Assembly: GCA_035345735.1 (NCBI GenBank)
Contig: DAORCZ010000004.1
Location: 1-35,173 of the forward strand
Length of the DNA stretch: 35,173 bases
Origin: Pseudomonadota bacterium
GTDB taxonomy: Bacteria; Myxococcota_A; Polyangia; Palsa-1104; JAEUJZ01
Reading direction: 5' to 3'
Each line of letters begins with the position of its first letter. Position 1 is the first letter of the stretch. A model generated the notes under the pieces. That model saw only the letters and a list, made by a program, of their open reading frames with translations, did no database searches and had not been told where the DNA came from. The translations under genes were made by a program, and so were the position numbers. This document shows positions 1 to 7,949 of the stretch, piece by piece.

Positions 1-179
1 GGAACGGATTGTGTCGGAAGTGAATGGCTGATGTCTGCACCGAGCCAGTTATCTTTGTGGCGCAGCTCGGGGCTGTCATGGACTCAAGGGTGCTTCGTCC
101 TCGGTTCGAAGAGCTTCTTCAAGTCGCCGAAGTAGTCGTTGTCGGTCTTGAAGCGCCAGGTGAGGTAGGTCATCTTCAT
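1..179 (-). pseudogene. Second copy of the immunity-like gene, interrupted by an in-frame stop and running off the window edge
   Basis: Minus-strand ATG at 179 (or 173) reads M(K)MTYLTWRFKTDNDYFGDLKKLFEPRTKHP, then TGA at 84-86. The intact copy (294-635) has Trp at exactly that position (TKCSW). The same frame continues VHDSPELRHKDNWLGADIS, which aligns to IHYSTERNDRVDWLGATIG in the intact copy. Confidence 0.55.
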
Positions 180-293
180 TCGCGCTCTCGCAATCGAGGA
201 GTTTGAAGGAGAAACCCAAGGCGTGGCTTTCGAGCAACCTCCCCCACCATCTCTGCCCGAACGACTCCAGATAGGCGTTCTGTCGCCCTTGCC

Positions 294-635
294 TCAGTAC
301 CGGTGGATGGTCGTCTCGATCTCCTCGATCTCACGCGCGCCGACGATTGGGAGTATCTCGCTGAGCACCTTGTTCCGGGCAGCCGCGATGCGCTCATCGT
401 GCTCTGCGTCCTCTGTGGCGACCTTGAGCACGGCGTCGAGTATACCCATGTAGCGCTCGTAGAACCGCAGCTCTGCCTTGTCACCGATGGTCGCACCGAG
501 CCAGTCAACCCTATCGTTCCGCTCGGTGCTGTAATGGATCCAGGAGCACTTGGTGGCCGGTGCGAGCAGCTTCTTCAAGTCACCGAAGTAGTCGTTGTCG
601 GTCTTGAAGCGCCAGGTCAGGTAGGTCGTCTGCAT
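294..635 (-). CDS. Small cytoplasmic protein (113 aa), putative cognate immunity protein of the upstream toxin-like gene
   Basis: ATG ORF starting 52 nt downstream of the 1310-aa gene on the same strand. No signal peptide or TM segment. Duplicated in tandem (see repeat). The immunity role is inferred from synteny only. Confidence 0.6.
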   Translation of the reverse strand: MQTTYLTWRFKTDNDYFGDLKKLLAPATKCSWIHYSTERNDRVDWLGATIGDKAELRFYERYMGILDAVLKVATEDAEHDERIAAARNKVLSEILPIVGAREIEEIETTIHRY

Positions 636-687
636 TCGTGGTCTCGCAATCCAGGAGCTGAGGCCTTCTGCGTGAGGCGGTGGCCAT

Positions 688-3600
688 CTAGTGCCGATCA
701 GGCCCGGTGTACATGGTCGGTGGCGTCGTGAACGGATCGTTGCCGATGTTCAGTTTGAAATCGAATAGGCCGTCTTTGTTTTCTGGTCTTGTCAGTATCT
801 CGGGGTCGTAAGCACGCTGGTCCCAGTCTTTGCCGTACCGGTAGAGGTCGCGCCCCAGGTCGGTATTGGAGAACCCGGGCTTTCCGTCGGGTGAGCCTGT
901 CTTGAAGATACCGTAGTCAGCGTTAATCGGGTTGTCGACCTGCATCGCTCCGACCTTGGCTTGGTCGCTAAACACCGCCAGATCGGTGTCGGACTCAGGC
1001 GTCCATGCGCCGCGTTTGAACCACTGCTCATCGCTGCCTCCAAGACCATAGTGCCGTAGGAGCTTCATCGGGTTGTTCTTCCAGCCCGTGGTACCGGAGC
1101 CGACCTGGACGACCTGCATGTCGCTGATGCCGTTGCGGTCGGCGATGGTAGCGATTCCCTCCTGGAACTCGCGCATTTGCTGGGTTGATCCCGTGAGATC
1201 GTTGACGTCGCCGCTCTTTCCTTTGTAGGTCAGCGGCACCCGCTCACCCTCCGCGTTCCCTTCGACCGCGAGCTTCAGCCGCTCGGCGGAGACCCCGGAC
1301 GGATGCTCGGCTTCGCCGCTCTGGACACGCTGGTAGTTCGACTCGTTGAGCTTGCGCAGGTGGTTGTGGGCGGCCTGGATGATCTCGTCCGTCGTAGAGC
1401 CCGATGTCAGACCAGCGGCCTTCCCCGCTTCGCTATTCACGAAAGTATCCATGCCGTTGAACTGGAGCTGGTGATTGTCGTGTTCCTCTGGGCTGATCTT
1501 GCCCGCCGCAAAGAGCTCGGCTTCCCGCTCGCGGCTTAGATGACCTTCCTTGGGCAGAGCATCGAGCTTTTCCTTCGCCCACTTGACGGCCTGTTCGACC
1601 TCCATGGGGGAAGGCGGCAGCTTCTTCGGCCCCTCCGGGTTGGTGACGTCCGCTGCGGTCAAGACAGCGGTCGTCTTGTCGTCGTGGGTCTTGCCGCCCA
1701 GAGTCGGCTTGGAGGCGTTGTCCTTCGCCGCCGCGTGTTCAAGCGGTTGGTTTGGGTCTTCAGACCGCCGCCGACCGTACTCCTCTTCCCAGGACCGGAG
1801 GGTCTCGTGGTCCTCGCGGGTCTTCGCAAACGGCTTCAGTTCATCGACGGCCTTGAGCTGCTCAGCGTTCTTGGCCAGTTCTTCATGGATTCTGGCGGCG
1901 GCATCAGCGGGTAGTTTTTCGCCGAGCTGCGCCGCCTTTTCCTTCGGTAGCGCTGGTGCCATCTTCGCCGCTTCTTCCGGCGGCAGAGCCTGGGTGATGC
2001 CCGCGGCGTGATCTGGCGGGAGCCCCTCGAGCACCTTGGCCGCCGCTTTGGCATCCGGGTGCAGACTGTCCCCCGACTTGGTTGCGGTCTGGCTGGCTGG
2101 CGGATCGATTCCTTCGCTGCCGGGAGGCTTGGTCGGGGCTTCCGATTGGGTCGGAGCCGGGGACTCGTTGGCTGGCTTGTTCGGCGCCGTTTCGTCTACC
2201 GGTGGCGACGATTCCGCGAGGGTCTTCGCCGCGGCATCGGCCTTGGACTTCAGATGCTGCTCATGCAGGGATCCTTGATAGCCCGCTGCCGCCCCCTGCG
2301 CCGTGCCACCGGCAACGGAGCTTACCCACTTGTTCAGAAGCTGGCCCGAGTCCCCGTGATACATCTCGGGGTTCACCACGTTGCCCGCGATAGCGCCGGC
2401 ACCGCCCGATACTCCGCCTTTCCACGCGCTGAAGCCAGCGCCTCCCTGCCCCATGGCGTGGTTGACGTAGCCAGATGCCAGACCAGACGCTGTGCCAGTC
2501 AGCAGGCCCATGCCGCCCGCCTTGGCCAGCGTGCCCAGCGGATTCGCTCCCTTCCACGTATTCGGATCAAGCGACGCGCTAGTCACGTTGTTGATGGCAT
2601 TCCCCGCTGCCCCCGACACGCCTGCCACAATCAACTGCTGCCCCAGCTCGGAGCTGGTCACGCCCTTCGCCAAGTTCGAAAGCGAGCCTCCGGCTGCCCC
2701 CATCGCGCCCAACGCACCACCGGTCGCCGCGCTCACGCCGGTCATGACGAGATCGTTTCGCAGATCCTCGTTTGAATAGCCCGCGCCTTGGATCGCGATC
2801 TTCGTCGCGATCGACGCCCCGCCACCCACCACTGCCGAGGCCAATGCCACCGCCGCCGGAGCCGCCGTACCCCCTGAGGCCACGGTCACGATGACGCCCG
2901 CCGTCACTGCGGCTGCTGTCGCTGCCGTGTTGGCCACCGCATCCTTGCTCTCCTGGTACGTCTTGGTGTCCATGTTCTGGTAGCCGGTCAGCTCTTCCAG
3001 GCGCTTCTCATCCTCTTTTGTCAGCTTTCCCGCCTGCGCCTTGTCCGCTAGCTCCTTGACGCGCGCATGCTGCGAATCGAGCAGCTTGCCCTTGTCGCTG
3101 AACAGATCCATGAAGCCGCGCGAGAACGCACTCGATCCCGAGCCGCGCTCGAACTGATAGGACTCTTCGGCACGGGCTAATCGCTCTTCCGGAGTCTTCG
3201 GCTCGCCTTTCATGAGCTGGCCGATCTCAAACCCCGCGCGACCGCTCGTGTTCTCCTGCAGCTCTTTGCGTAGGTCGATCTGATAGTCCTTCTGGTACTG
3301 CGCGACTAGCGTCTTGACCTGCTCCGCGTCCTTGCCTTCCAGCGTCTTTTTGATCAGCTCCTTGTCGGTCGACAGCCAGCTCCCGTGCATCGCGTACTTC
3401 ATCGCGAAGGTGTCATCGAGCTTCCCCTTGTCCTTCAGCATCTGGGCCTTGTCTTGGTCCAGGCCGGAGAAGTTCTCGTGAATCATCGCGTCGAGGTTCT
3501 GTCCCTTGGGCCCCTGTCCGTACTCCTTGTTGTAGGCCTCGATGATCTTCTTGTGCAGCTCGGGGTCGTTCTTGTCCGACTTCTCAAGCTCCTTGTAGAT

Positions 3601-4620
3601 GGCTTCCTTGTCTGTGAAGAGCCAGCCTTCTGTCGCAAGCTTCATCTTCGCAGCCGACGCTTTGTACTTGTCGCCATCCATGAGCGCGGTAGCGACCGTC
3701 TTCTCGGTACCGCTGAAGTTCTTGTCGAGGGTCTGGGTCAGGGTCTCGGACTTGCCCGTCGAGTTCTTGGTCTGCTCGGCGTAGGCCGCGGCCAGCTTTT
3801 CGCGATCCTCTTTGCTTCCTGCGGATTCCAGCGCCTTGTTAACAGTGTCCTTGTCCTGACCAATGCCCATTCCCAAAAAGCCGCCGCCACCAAACAGACC
3901 CCCGTGCATCGCTTCGTCGATCTTGACGGCGTTTTCCTTCGCCTTGTCCCCAGCGAGCTGCGCTTCAACCAGCTGCTTGTCACGTCCATCAAGCGTCGCC
4001 AAGACTTCGGGACCAGCCTGTTTGGCGACCTCGGCCCGCTTGGCTGGATCGGTGATTCCGGCGAGGATCTTGCCGACCTGCTCCTTGTCACAGTTGCCGA
4101 AGAAAGTTCCGCTCTTGGCTTGACGCAGAGCCTGCACCGCGGCGTCCACTTCATTGCCAGCCAGCGACGCCTTCGCCTCTTTGAGTTGCTCCTTCCCCAG
4201 GTTCTTGCCGATGTCTGCATCCAGGTTGTGACCGGGAAAGTGATCGGCGTAGGACTTGCGGATCTCGGCGATCTCCTCCGCGCTCTTGCCCCGTAGCTGA
4301 TCAAGCACCTTGGCCTGATCGCCACCCGAGACCCACCAGCCGTCCATCGATTTGAAGATGTTGTTGGCGGTCTCCGCCATCGCTTTCTTGTCGACCGGCT
4401 TGGCGGCGGCCGCAGGACTTGGTGTGGGCGCTGCGGCTCCGCCTGCAGTCCCTGCTGGAGTCGAGGGCTGGCCAGGCGGTGGGGCGTGCGCGGGCGTTGT
4501 CGTCGGAGCGGGTGCCGGAGTCGTTGCCTGACCAGGCGCTGAAGTCGGCTGTGATTTCTGCGCGGCGTTGTCGCTGCCGCCAAACATCGAATGAAATGCA
4601 GTGCCGATCGACTCAAACAT
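688..4620 (-). CDS. Large multidomain polymorphic-toxin-like protein (1310 aa): annexin-type repeats, a Gly/Ala-rich hydrophobic region, a PAK-rich linker, and a C-terminal putative effector domain
   Basis: Long ATG ORF preceded by a G7 tract. aa 80-475 contain about 5 repeats matching the annexin repeat pattern (for example TDKELIKKTLEGKDAEQVKTLVAQYQKDYQIDLRKELQENTSG and GDQAKVLDQLRGKSAEEIAEIRKSYADHFPGHNLDADIGKNLG). aa 563-785 are Gly/Ala/Ser-rich and hydrophobic, like a glycine zipper. aa 867-914 are four 12-aa LPxxxAAxxxxx repeats. aa 1000-1310 form a distinct C-terminal domain. Confidence 0.85.
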   Translation of the reverse strand: MFESIGTAFHSMFGGSDNAAQKSQPTSAPGQATTPAPAPTTTPAHAPPPGQPSTPAGTAGGAAAPTPSPAAAAKPVDKKAMAETANNIFKSMDGWWVSGGDQAKVLDQLRGKSAEEIAEIRKSYADHFPGHNLDADIGKNLGKEQLKEAKASLAGNEVDAAVQALRQAKSGTFFGNCDKEQVGKILAGITDPAKRAEVAKQAGPEVLATLDGRDKQLVEAQLAGDKAKENAVKIDEAMHGGLFGGGGFLGMGIGQDKDTVNKALESAGSKEDREKLAAAYAEQTKNSTGKSETLTQTLDKNFSGTEKTVATALMDGDKYKASAAKMKLATEGWLFTDKEAIYKELEKSDKNDPELHKKIIEAYNKEYGQGPKGQNLDAMIHENFSGLDQDKAQMLKDKGKLDDTFAMKYAMHGSWLSTDKELIKKTLEGKDAEQVKTLVAQYQKDYQIDLRKELQENTSGRAGFEIGQLMKGEPKTPEERLARAEESYQFERGSGSSAFSRGFMDLFSDKGKLLDSQHARVKELADKAQAGKLTKEDEKRLEELTGYQNMDTKTYQESKDAVANTAATAAAVTAGVIVTVASGGTAAPAAVALASAVVGGGASIATKIAIQGAGYSNEDLRNDLVMTGVSAATGGALGAMGAAGGSLSNLAKGVTSSELGQQLIVAGVSGAAGNAINNVTSASLDPNTWKGANPLGTLAKAGGMGLLTGTASGLASGYVNHAMGQGGAGFSAWKGGVSGGAGAIAGNVVNPEMYHGDSGQLLNKWVSSVAGGTAQGAAAGYQGSLHEQHLKSKADAAAKTLAESSPPVDETAPNKPANESPAPTQSEAPTKPPGSEGIDPPASQTATKSGDSLHPDAKAAAKVLEGLPPDHAAGITQALPPEEAAKMAPALPKEKAAQLGEKLPADAAARIHEELAKNAEQLKAVDELKPFAKTREDHETLRSWEEEYGRRRSEDPNQPLEHAAAKDNASKPTLGGKTHDDKTTAVLTAADVTNPEGPKKLPPSPMEVEQAVKWAKEKLDALPKEGHLSREREAELFAAGKISPEEHDNHQLQFNGMDTFVNSEAGKAAGLTSGSTTDEIIQAAHNHLRKLNESNYQRVQSGEAEHPSGVSAERLKLAVEGNAEGERVPLTYKGKSGDVNDLTGSTQQMREFQEGIATIADRNGISDMQVVQVGSGTTGWKNNPMKLLRHYGLGGSDEQWFKRGAWTPESDTDLAVFSDQAKVGAMQVDNPINADYGIFKTGSPDGKPGFSNTDLGRDLYRYGKDWDQRAYDPEILTRPENKDGLFDFKLNIGNDPFTTPPTMYTGPDRH

Positions 4621-4714
4621 CGTTGCGCCCCCCCGGGCTCACAGGTTGTGCAGGTTCCTAATGAGTTATCGGCACCTAGAAACAAAGGTTTGGTGCGCGC
4701 CTATGTGGCTTCGC

Positions 4715-5221
4715 TTACTCAGTAAAATGAAGCATCGGCGGTGGCGGTGGTGTCGTCGGCAACACCCGCCAGGGCTTGGGGAACCACGCCCAGCGTGTGC
4801 CGAGCAAGACCAGTCCATCAAAGGCTACGCCGGCGTCTCGCGAAAGCGCAATGAACTCCCAGCAGACCCAAATCTGTCCGGGCTGTAGCTGCGGCCCAAT
4901 GCTGATGTACCCACCCGGAAAGTGCTGCGCACGCTCATTTCTCTCTAAGAAGTCCTCGCTCCGCGCTACCGCTATTTGCAGTCGCACTTGATCGTCCCGC
5001 ACGGGCCATGCAGGCAGATTTTCCCAGAGCACGCTGTAGCCAGCCCGCGCGGCTTCAGCGCATTTGGGAAGGAAGACGCGAGCATAATCGTCGGGCTCGG
5101 GGCGAAGTGCCCGCACCATGTCCATGCGCGTCGCCGCTAGCGCCGGGTCGAGAAAACGTGAAAGCAGAACCTGCGCTTCCTGCTGACAGGTGTCGAGAGA
5201 TTGCCCTCTCATGGATGTCAT
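4715..5221 (-). CDS. Hypothetical protein (168 aa), co-oriented just upstream of the toxin-like gene
   Basis: ATG ORF with GAGGAA immediately upstream. It starts 7 nt after the stop of the preceding ORF. No family recognised. The C-terminus is W/P-rich (WAWFPKPWRVLPTTPPPPP). Confidence 0.55.
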   Translation of the reverse strand: MTSMRGQSLDTCQQEAQVLLSRFLDPALAATRMDMVRALRPEPDDYARVFLPKCAEAARAGYSVLWENLPAWPVRDDQVRLQIAVARSEDFLERNERAQHFPGGYISIGPQLQPGQIWVCWEFIALSRDAGVAFDGLVLLGTRWAWFPKPWRVLPTTPPPPPMLHFTE

Positions 5222-5228
5222 TTCCTCA

Positions 5229-5747
5229 TCAAGAATTCGAAGACGGAAGGGTGTTCGCCAGCGCGTCTAGGTGCGCCGCAACGTTCTTGCGCGAGGGGGC
5301 CCCCTTCCAGATGATGACGAAGCCGCCGGCGGCACCTACGACCGCGCAGACCACGTCCTCGCGACCGCGCGCGGCGCGCTCTTCCCAGGGCTTGCGCCAA
5401 GTCTCATCTAGCTTCGCGGAGGGCGGCAGATAAACGCCTACATAGATGGTCGGCGTCTGCACCGGCACATTGCGGATAAGCACCGTCTCCGTCCGACGAA
5501 ACAGCAGCAGCGAAAAGGGCATCCCCGGCCGCAGCGAACCCGCGAACGCCGCATACGCGGAAAAGCCCATATGGGGCTCCTGGCTGGCAAACACCGTTGC
5601 CAGCGCAGCCTTCTTTGCAACAAAACCGCGCTCGGCGATGAGCTCGTCAAACCCACCCATGATGTCGCGCGATCGGCGCCAGAGATAGAGCGGCGTCGCA
5701 ACGGTCACCGCGAGAGCGATCCACATGACTGCCTGCATCTTGTGCAT
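5229..5747 (-). CDS. Hypothetical membrane-anchored protein (172 aa)
   Basis: ATG ORF with an N-terminal hydrophobic helix (AVMWIALAVTVATPLYLW). Tightly linked to 4715-5221. No family recognised. Confidence 0.5.
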   Translation of the reverse strand: MHKMQAVMWIALAVTVATPLYLWRRSRDIMGGFDELIAERGFVAKKAALATVFASQEPHMGFSAYAAFAGSLRPGMPFSLLLFRRTETVLIRNVPVQTPTIYVGVYLPPSAKLDETWRKPWEERAARGREDVVCAVVGAAGGFVIIWKGAPSRKNVAAHLDALANTLPSSNS

Positions 5748-5836
5748 CGACTATCAAGGTACACCAACGACGGCGGTTGCTGCGAAGAAGCCGCGGTAGA
5801 CATGGTACGGTGGGAGACACTCGAGGAGGATGTTCG

Positions 5837-6532
5837 ATGACCGCCCAGGCGCGCGCCATCTCGATGCGAGATGCCTACTTCCTGACGTACTTGGCTGCGT
5901 GCGTCGGACCACCCCTTGTCGTTCGTGGGCTTCTTGGGCTGCTGTCCGCAAGGCCTGGTCAAGACGCGCTGTCGCACGCTCTGGAATTTGCAGCCAAGAC
6001 GCTCCCCCTTTATGACCAGAAAGCGCAGGGCACCTATCGCCTGCTGTTCGAAACGACAGCGGAGTACGGGCTCGTCATTCCAACAGAGCCGACGACCGCG
6101 ATCGCCTATGAGTCCTTCCTGCAGATCACACGTTCCGTCATTTCGCGGGCCGTTTCGGCATCACAAAACTCCGCCGTGAGCGCTGCCTATGATGCGGGCA
6201 CAGCAAGCGGCGACCTGCACCTATCGCTGTATGTCGGGCGTACCTTGTTCTATCTGCGCCCCAGCGCACCCGAGCAAGCGTTGTTGGCCACGGCGGCTGG
6301 CAACGTCGCGCGTACGCTGTTTGCCGCCCAGAAGCGGCTCGCTGAAGCGCTACGTCATTCGGCCTGGCCAGCCGTAGTAGTCGAGCTCGGGAAGAAGATG
6401 GAGGCGCTCTTTACCTTGCCTCCAGATGCCGCGCACGTACAGCACGCTGAGACGCACGCTGAGTACTCCATTTGGGAAAGGAAGGTCGTATCGCTCCTCG
6501 ACGAGCTCGGCGCGACCATCGCAAGAGTTTGA
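5837..6532 (+). CDS. Hypothetical protein (231 aa)
   Basis: ATG at 5837 preceded by GAGGAGGA (5823-5830). Divergent from 5229-5747. No recognisable motif. Confidence 0.55.
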   Translation: MTAQARAISMRDAYFLTYLAACVGPPLVVRGLLGLLSARPGQDALSHALEFAAKTLPLYDQKAQGTYRLLFETTAEYGLVIPTEPTTAIAYESFLQITRSVISRAVSASQNSAVSAAYDAGTASGDLHLSLYVGRTLFYLRPSAPEQALLATAAGNVARTLFAAQKRLAEALRHSAWPAVVVELGKKMEALFTLPPDAAHVQHAETHAEYSIWERKVVSLLDELGATIARV

Positions 6533-6611
6533 GCGCAGTCGTCTGCTCGGCTGTCACGTCACCGACAACAGCAGCCGGGCCGGCGACCGCTAACTAGTCC
6601 GCAGCCTCAGA

Positions 6612-7949
6612 TCAGTTCTTTGATGTGCCAGGAGGTATGTCTTTGGAGTGAGTGCGCAGAGCCTTGCGTAGCTCTGCTCGTAGATGGCTGGGAAGGCGAT
6701 CCAGAGCGCGGGCGAGTTCAGCAGGGTCTGCGCTCGATAGGTCTAGTTCGGCGGGCTCCGAGACTGACCTGACCAGCGCCTCTTCCACCAGCCTACTCCT
6801 CACCCTCTCAACCGTCCCCGGTGCTGCATAGTGCTTCGCCGTGATCTGAAAACTCCCATGCCCCAGCGCCGCCGCCACCGCGCTGGATGTCGCGCCCGCC
6901 TCAAGCGCCAGCGTCGAGTGTAATCCGCGCAGGCTGTGCGTCGAGATCCGCGGGACGCCGGCTTCCTGGCACAGCTTCTGAATGCGCGTCCACAGCCAGG
7001 CATCGGTCAGCGGCTTGTCGGGGTGAATGGGGCTCTGACCAAATAGGAATTCATCGGGCGACTTGCCCTCGGCGCAGCGCAAGAGCAGCGGGCGCAGGAC
7101 ATCGGGGACGTTCAGGCGACGGCGCGCGTTGTCGGTCTTGCCACGCGTGATCCACAGCACGCGGCCGGCATCGTCGAGATCACGCACGATGCGGCACAGC
7201 ACCTCGCTGGCGCGCATGCCCAGCATCAGTGCCATCAGCGCGCAGGTCGCGGCGCGGTCGCCGGTTTGTGCACGCTCCACGGCGAGGGCGACGAAGCGGC
7301 GGGCTTCATCGATGCGAAGCTGAGCCTTGCCGACCTTGGGCTTGCCGACCGGCTTGATCGCGGCGAACGGATTCTGCGCCGCATATCCCTTTTCGACAGC
7401 CCAGGCGTAGAAACGTTTGCACTGAGCGAGCACGGTGCGATGAGACGCGGCGGCGACCGGCTTGCCTTTTCCGTCGAGGATGCGGCGCGTCTTAGCTTCA
7501 TACTGTGCAGCAGCCCGGGCCGACGTGATTGCGCCGAGCGAGGTGTCCTCGCCGAGAAATCGCTCGATCGCGCGCGTGATGTTGCGCGCGGTGACCGCTC
7601 CGCGCACGCGCAGCAGATAGTCCTGATACTCCGCGAGTGCGTCCGACATCGATCGGGCACCACGCGCGATCAGCGTCTGTTCGAGATCCGCGCGCAGCTT
7701 TTCCGCGGCGGCGATTGTCGGCACCACCATCGACTTGCGCGCCATGCCATCGACCACCACCATGCGGTAGCCGTTACGCGCCCTGTACGGACCATAGACA
7801 CGCGGAGAGGCCATCATCTGATCATCGCTCAGCTTTTTTGCGCTGAGAACCTCAATCGCAGCGAGGGCACGACGTGACCGCCGTGGGGATGTGTGCCCTT
7901 TGCGCCGAGCCAGCGCCGCCAGCGTGTCGTGTGATGTGGGGCGATTCAT
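6612..7949 (-). CDS. Tyrosine recombinase / phage-type integrase
   Basis: Catalytic signature in order: GMRASEV (Arg), THSLRGLHST (His-x-x-Arg), LGHGSFQITAKHY (His ... Tyr). GGAGG lies 6 nt upstream of the ATG at 7949. Confidence 0.9.
   Translation of the reverse strand: MNRPTSHDTLAALARRKGHTSPRRSRRALAAIEVLSAKKLSDDQMMASPRVYGPYRARNGYRMVVVDGMARKSMVVPTIAAAEKLRADLEQTLIARGARSMSDALAEYQDYLLRVRGAVTARNITRAIERFLGEDTSLGAITSARAAAQYEAKTRRILDGKGKPVAAASHRTVLAQCKRFYAWAVEKGYAAQNPFAAIKPVGKPKVGKAQLRIDEARRFVALAVERAQTGDRAATCALMALMLGMRASEVLCRIVRDLDDAGRVLWITRGKTDNARRRLNVPDVLRPLLLRCAEGKSPDEFLFGQSPIHPDKPLTDAWLWTRIQKLCQEAGVPRISTHSLRGLHSTLALEAGATSSAVAAALGHGSFQITAKHYAAPGTVERVRSRLVEEALVRSVSEPAELDLSSADPAELARALDRLPSHLRAELRKALRTHSKDIPPGTSKN

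Larger units (their letters stand above)
1..665. repeat. Tandem direct duplication of the immunity-like cassette (unit about 456 bp)
   Basis: nt 1-209 align to nt 457-665 at a constant 456-nt offset. Identity is near-perfect over about 95 nt (112-207 vs 568-663), covering the leader and first 24 codons. Similarity is more diverged but recognisable further into the gene (for example gcaccgagccagt at 37-49 and 493-505). Confidence 0.8.

Noticed and set aside
96-110. GGTTCGAA T-loop-like motifs (here and at about 14594-14603), checked as possible tRNA or integrase target sites.
   Set aside because: Both lie inside coding sequence and no acceptor, D or anticodon stems can be drawn around them. 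No tRNA was found adjacent to the integrase.
6533-6611. Searched this spacer against 16548-16770 for att-type direct repeats flanking the island.
   Set aside because: No repeat of convincing length was visible by eye. A proper dot-plot is needed, so no att sites are reported.
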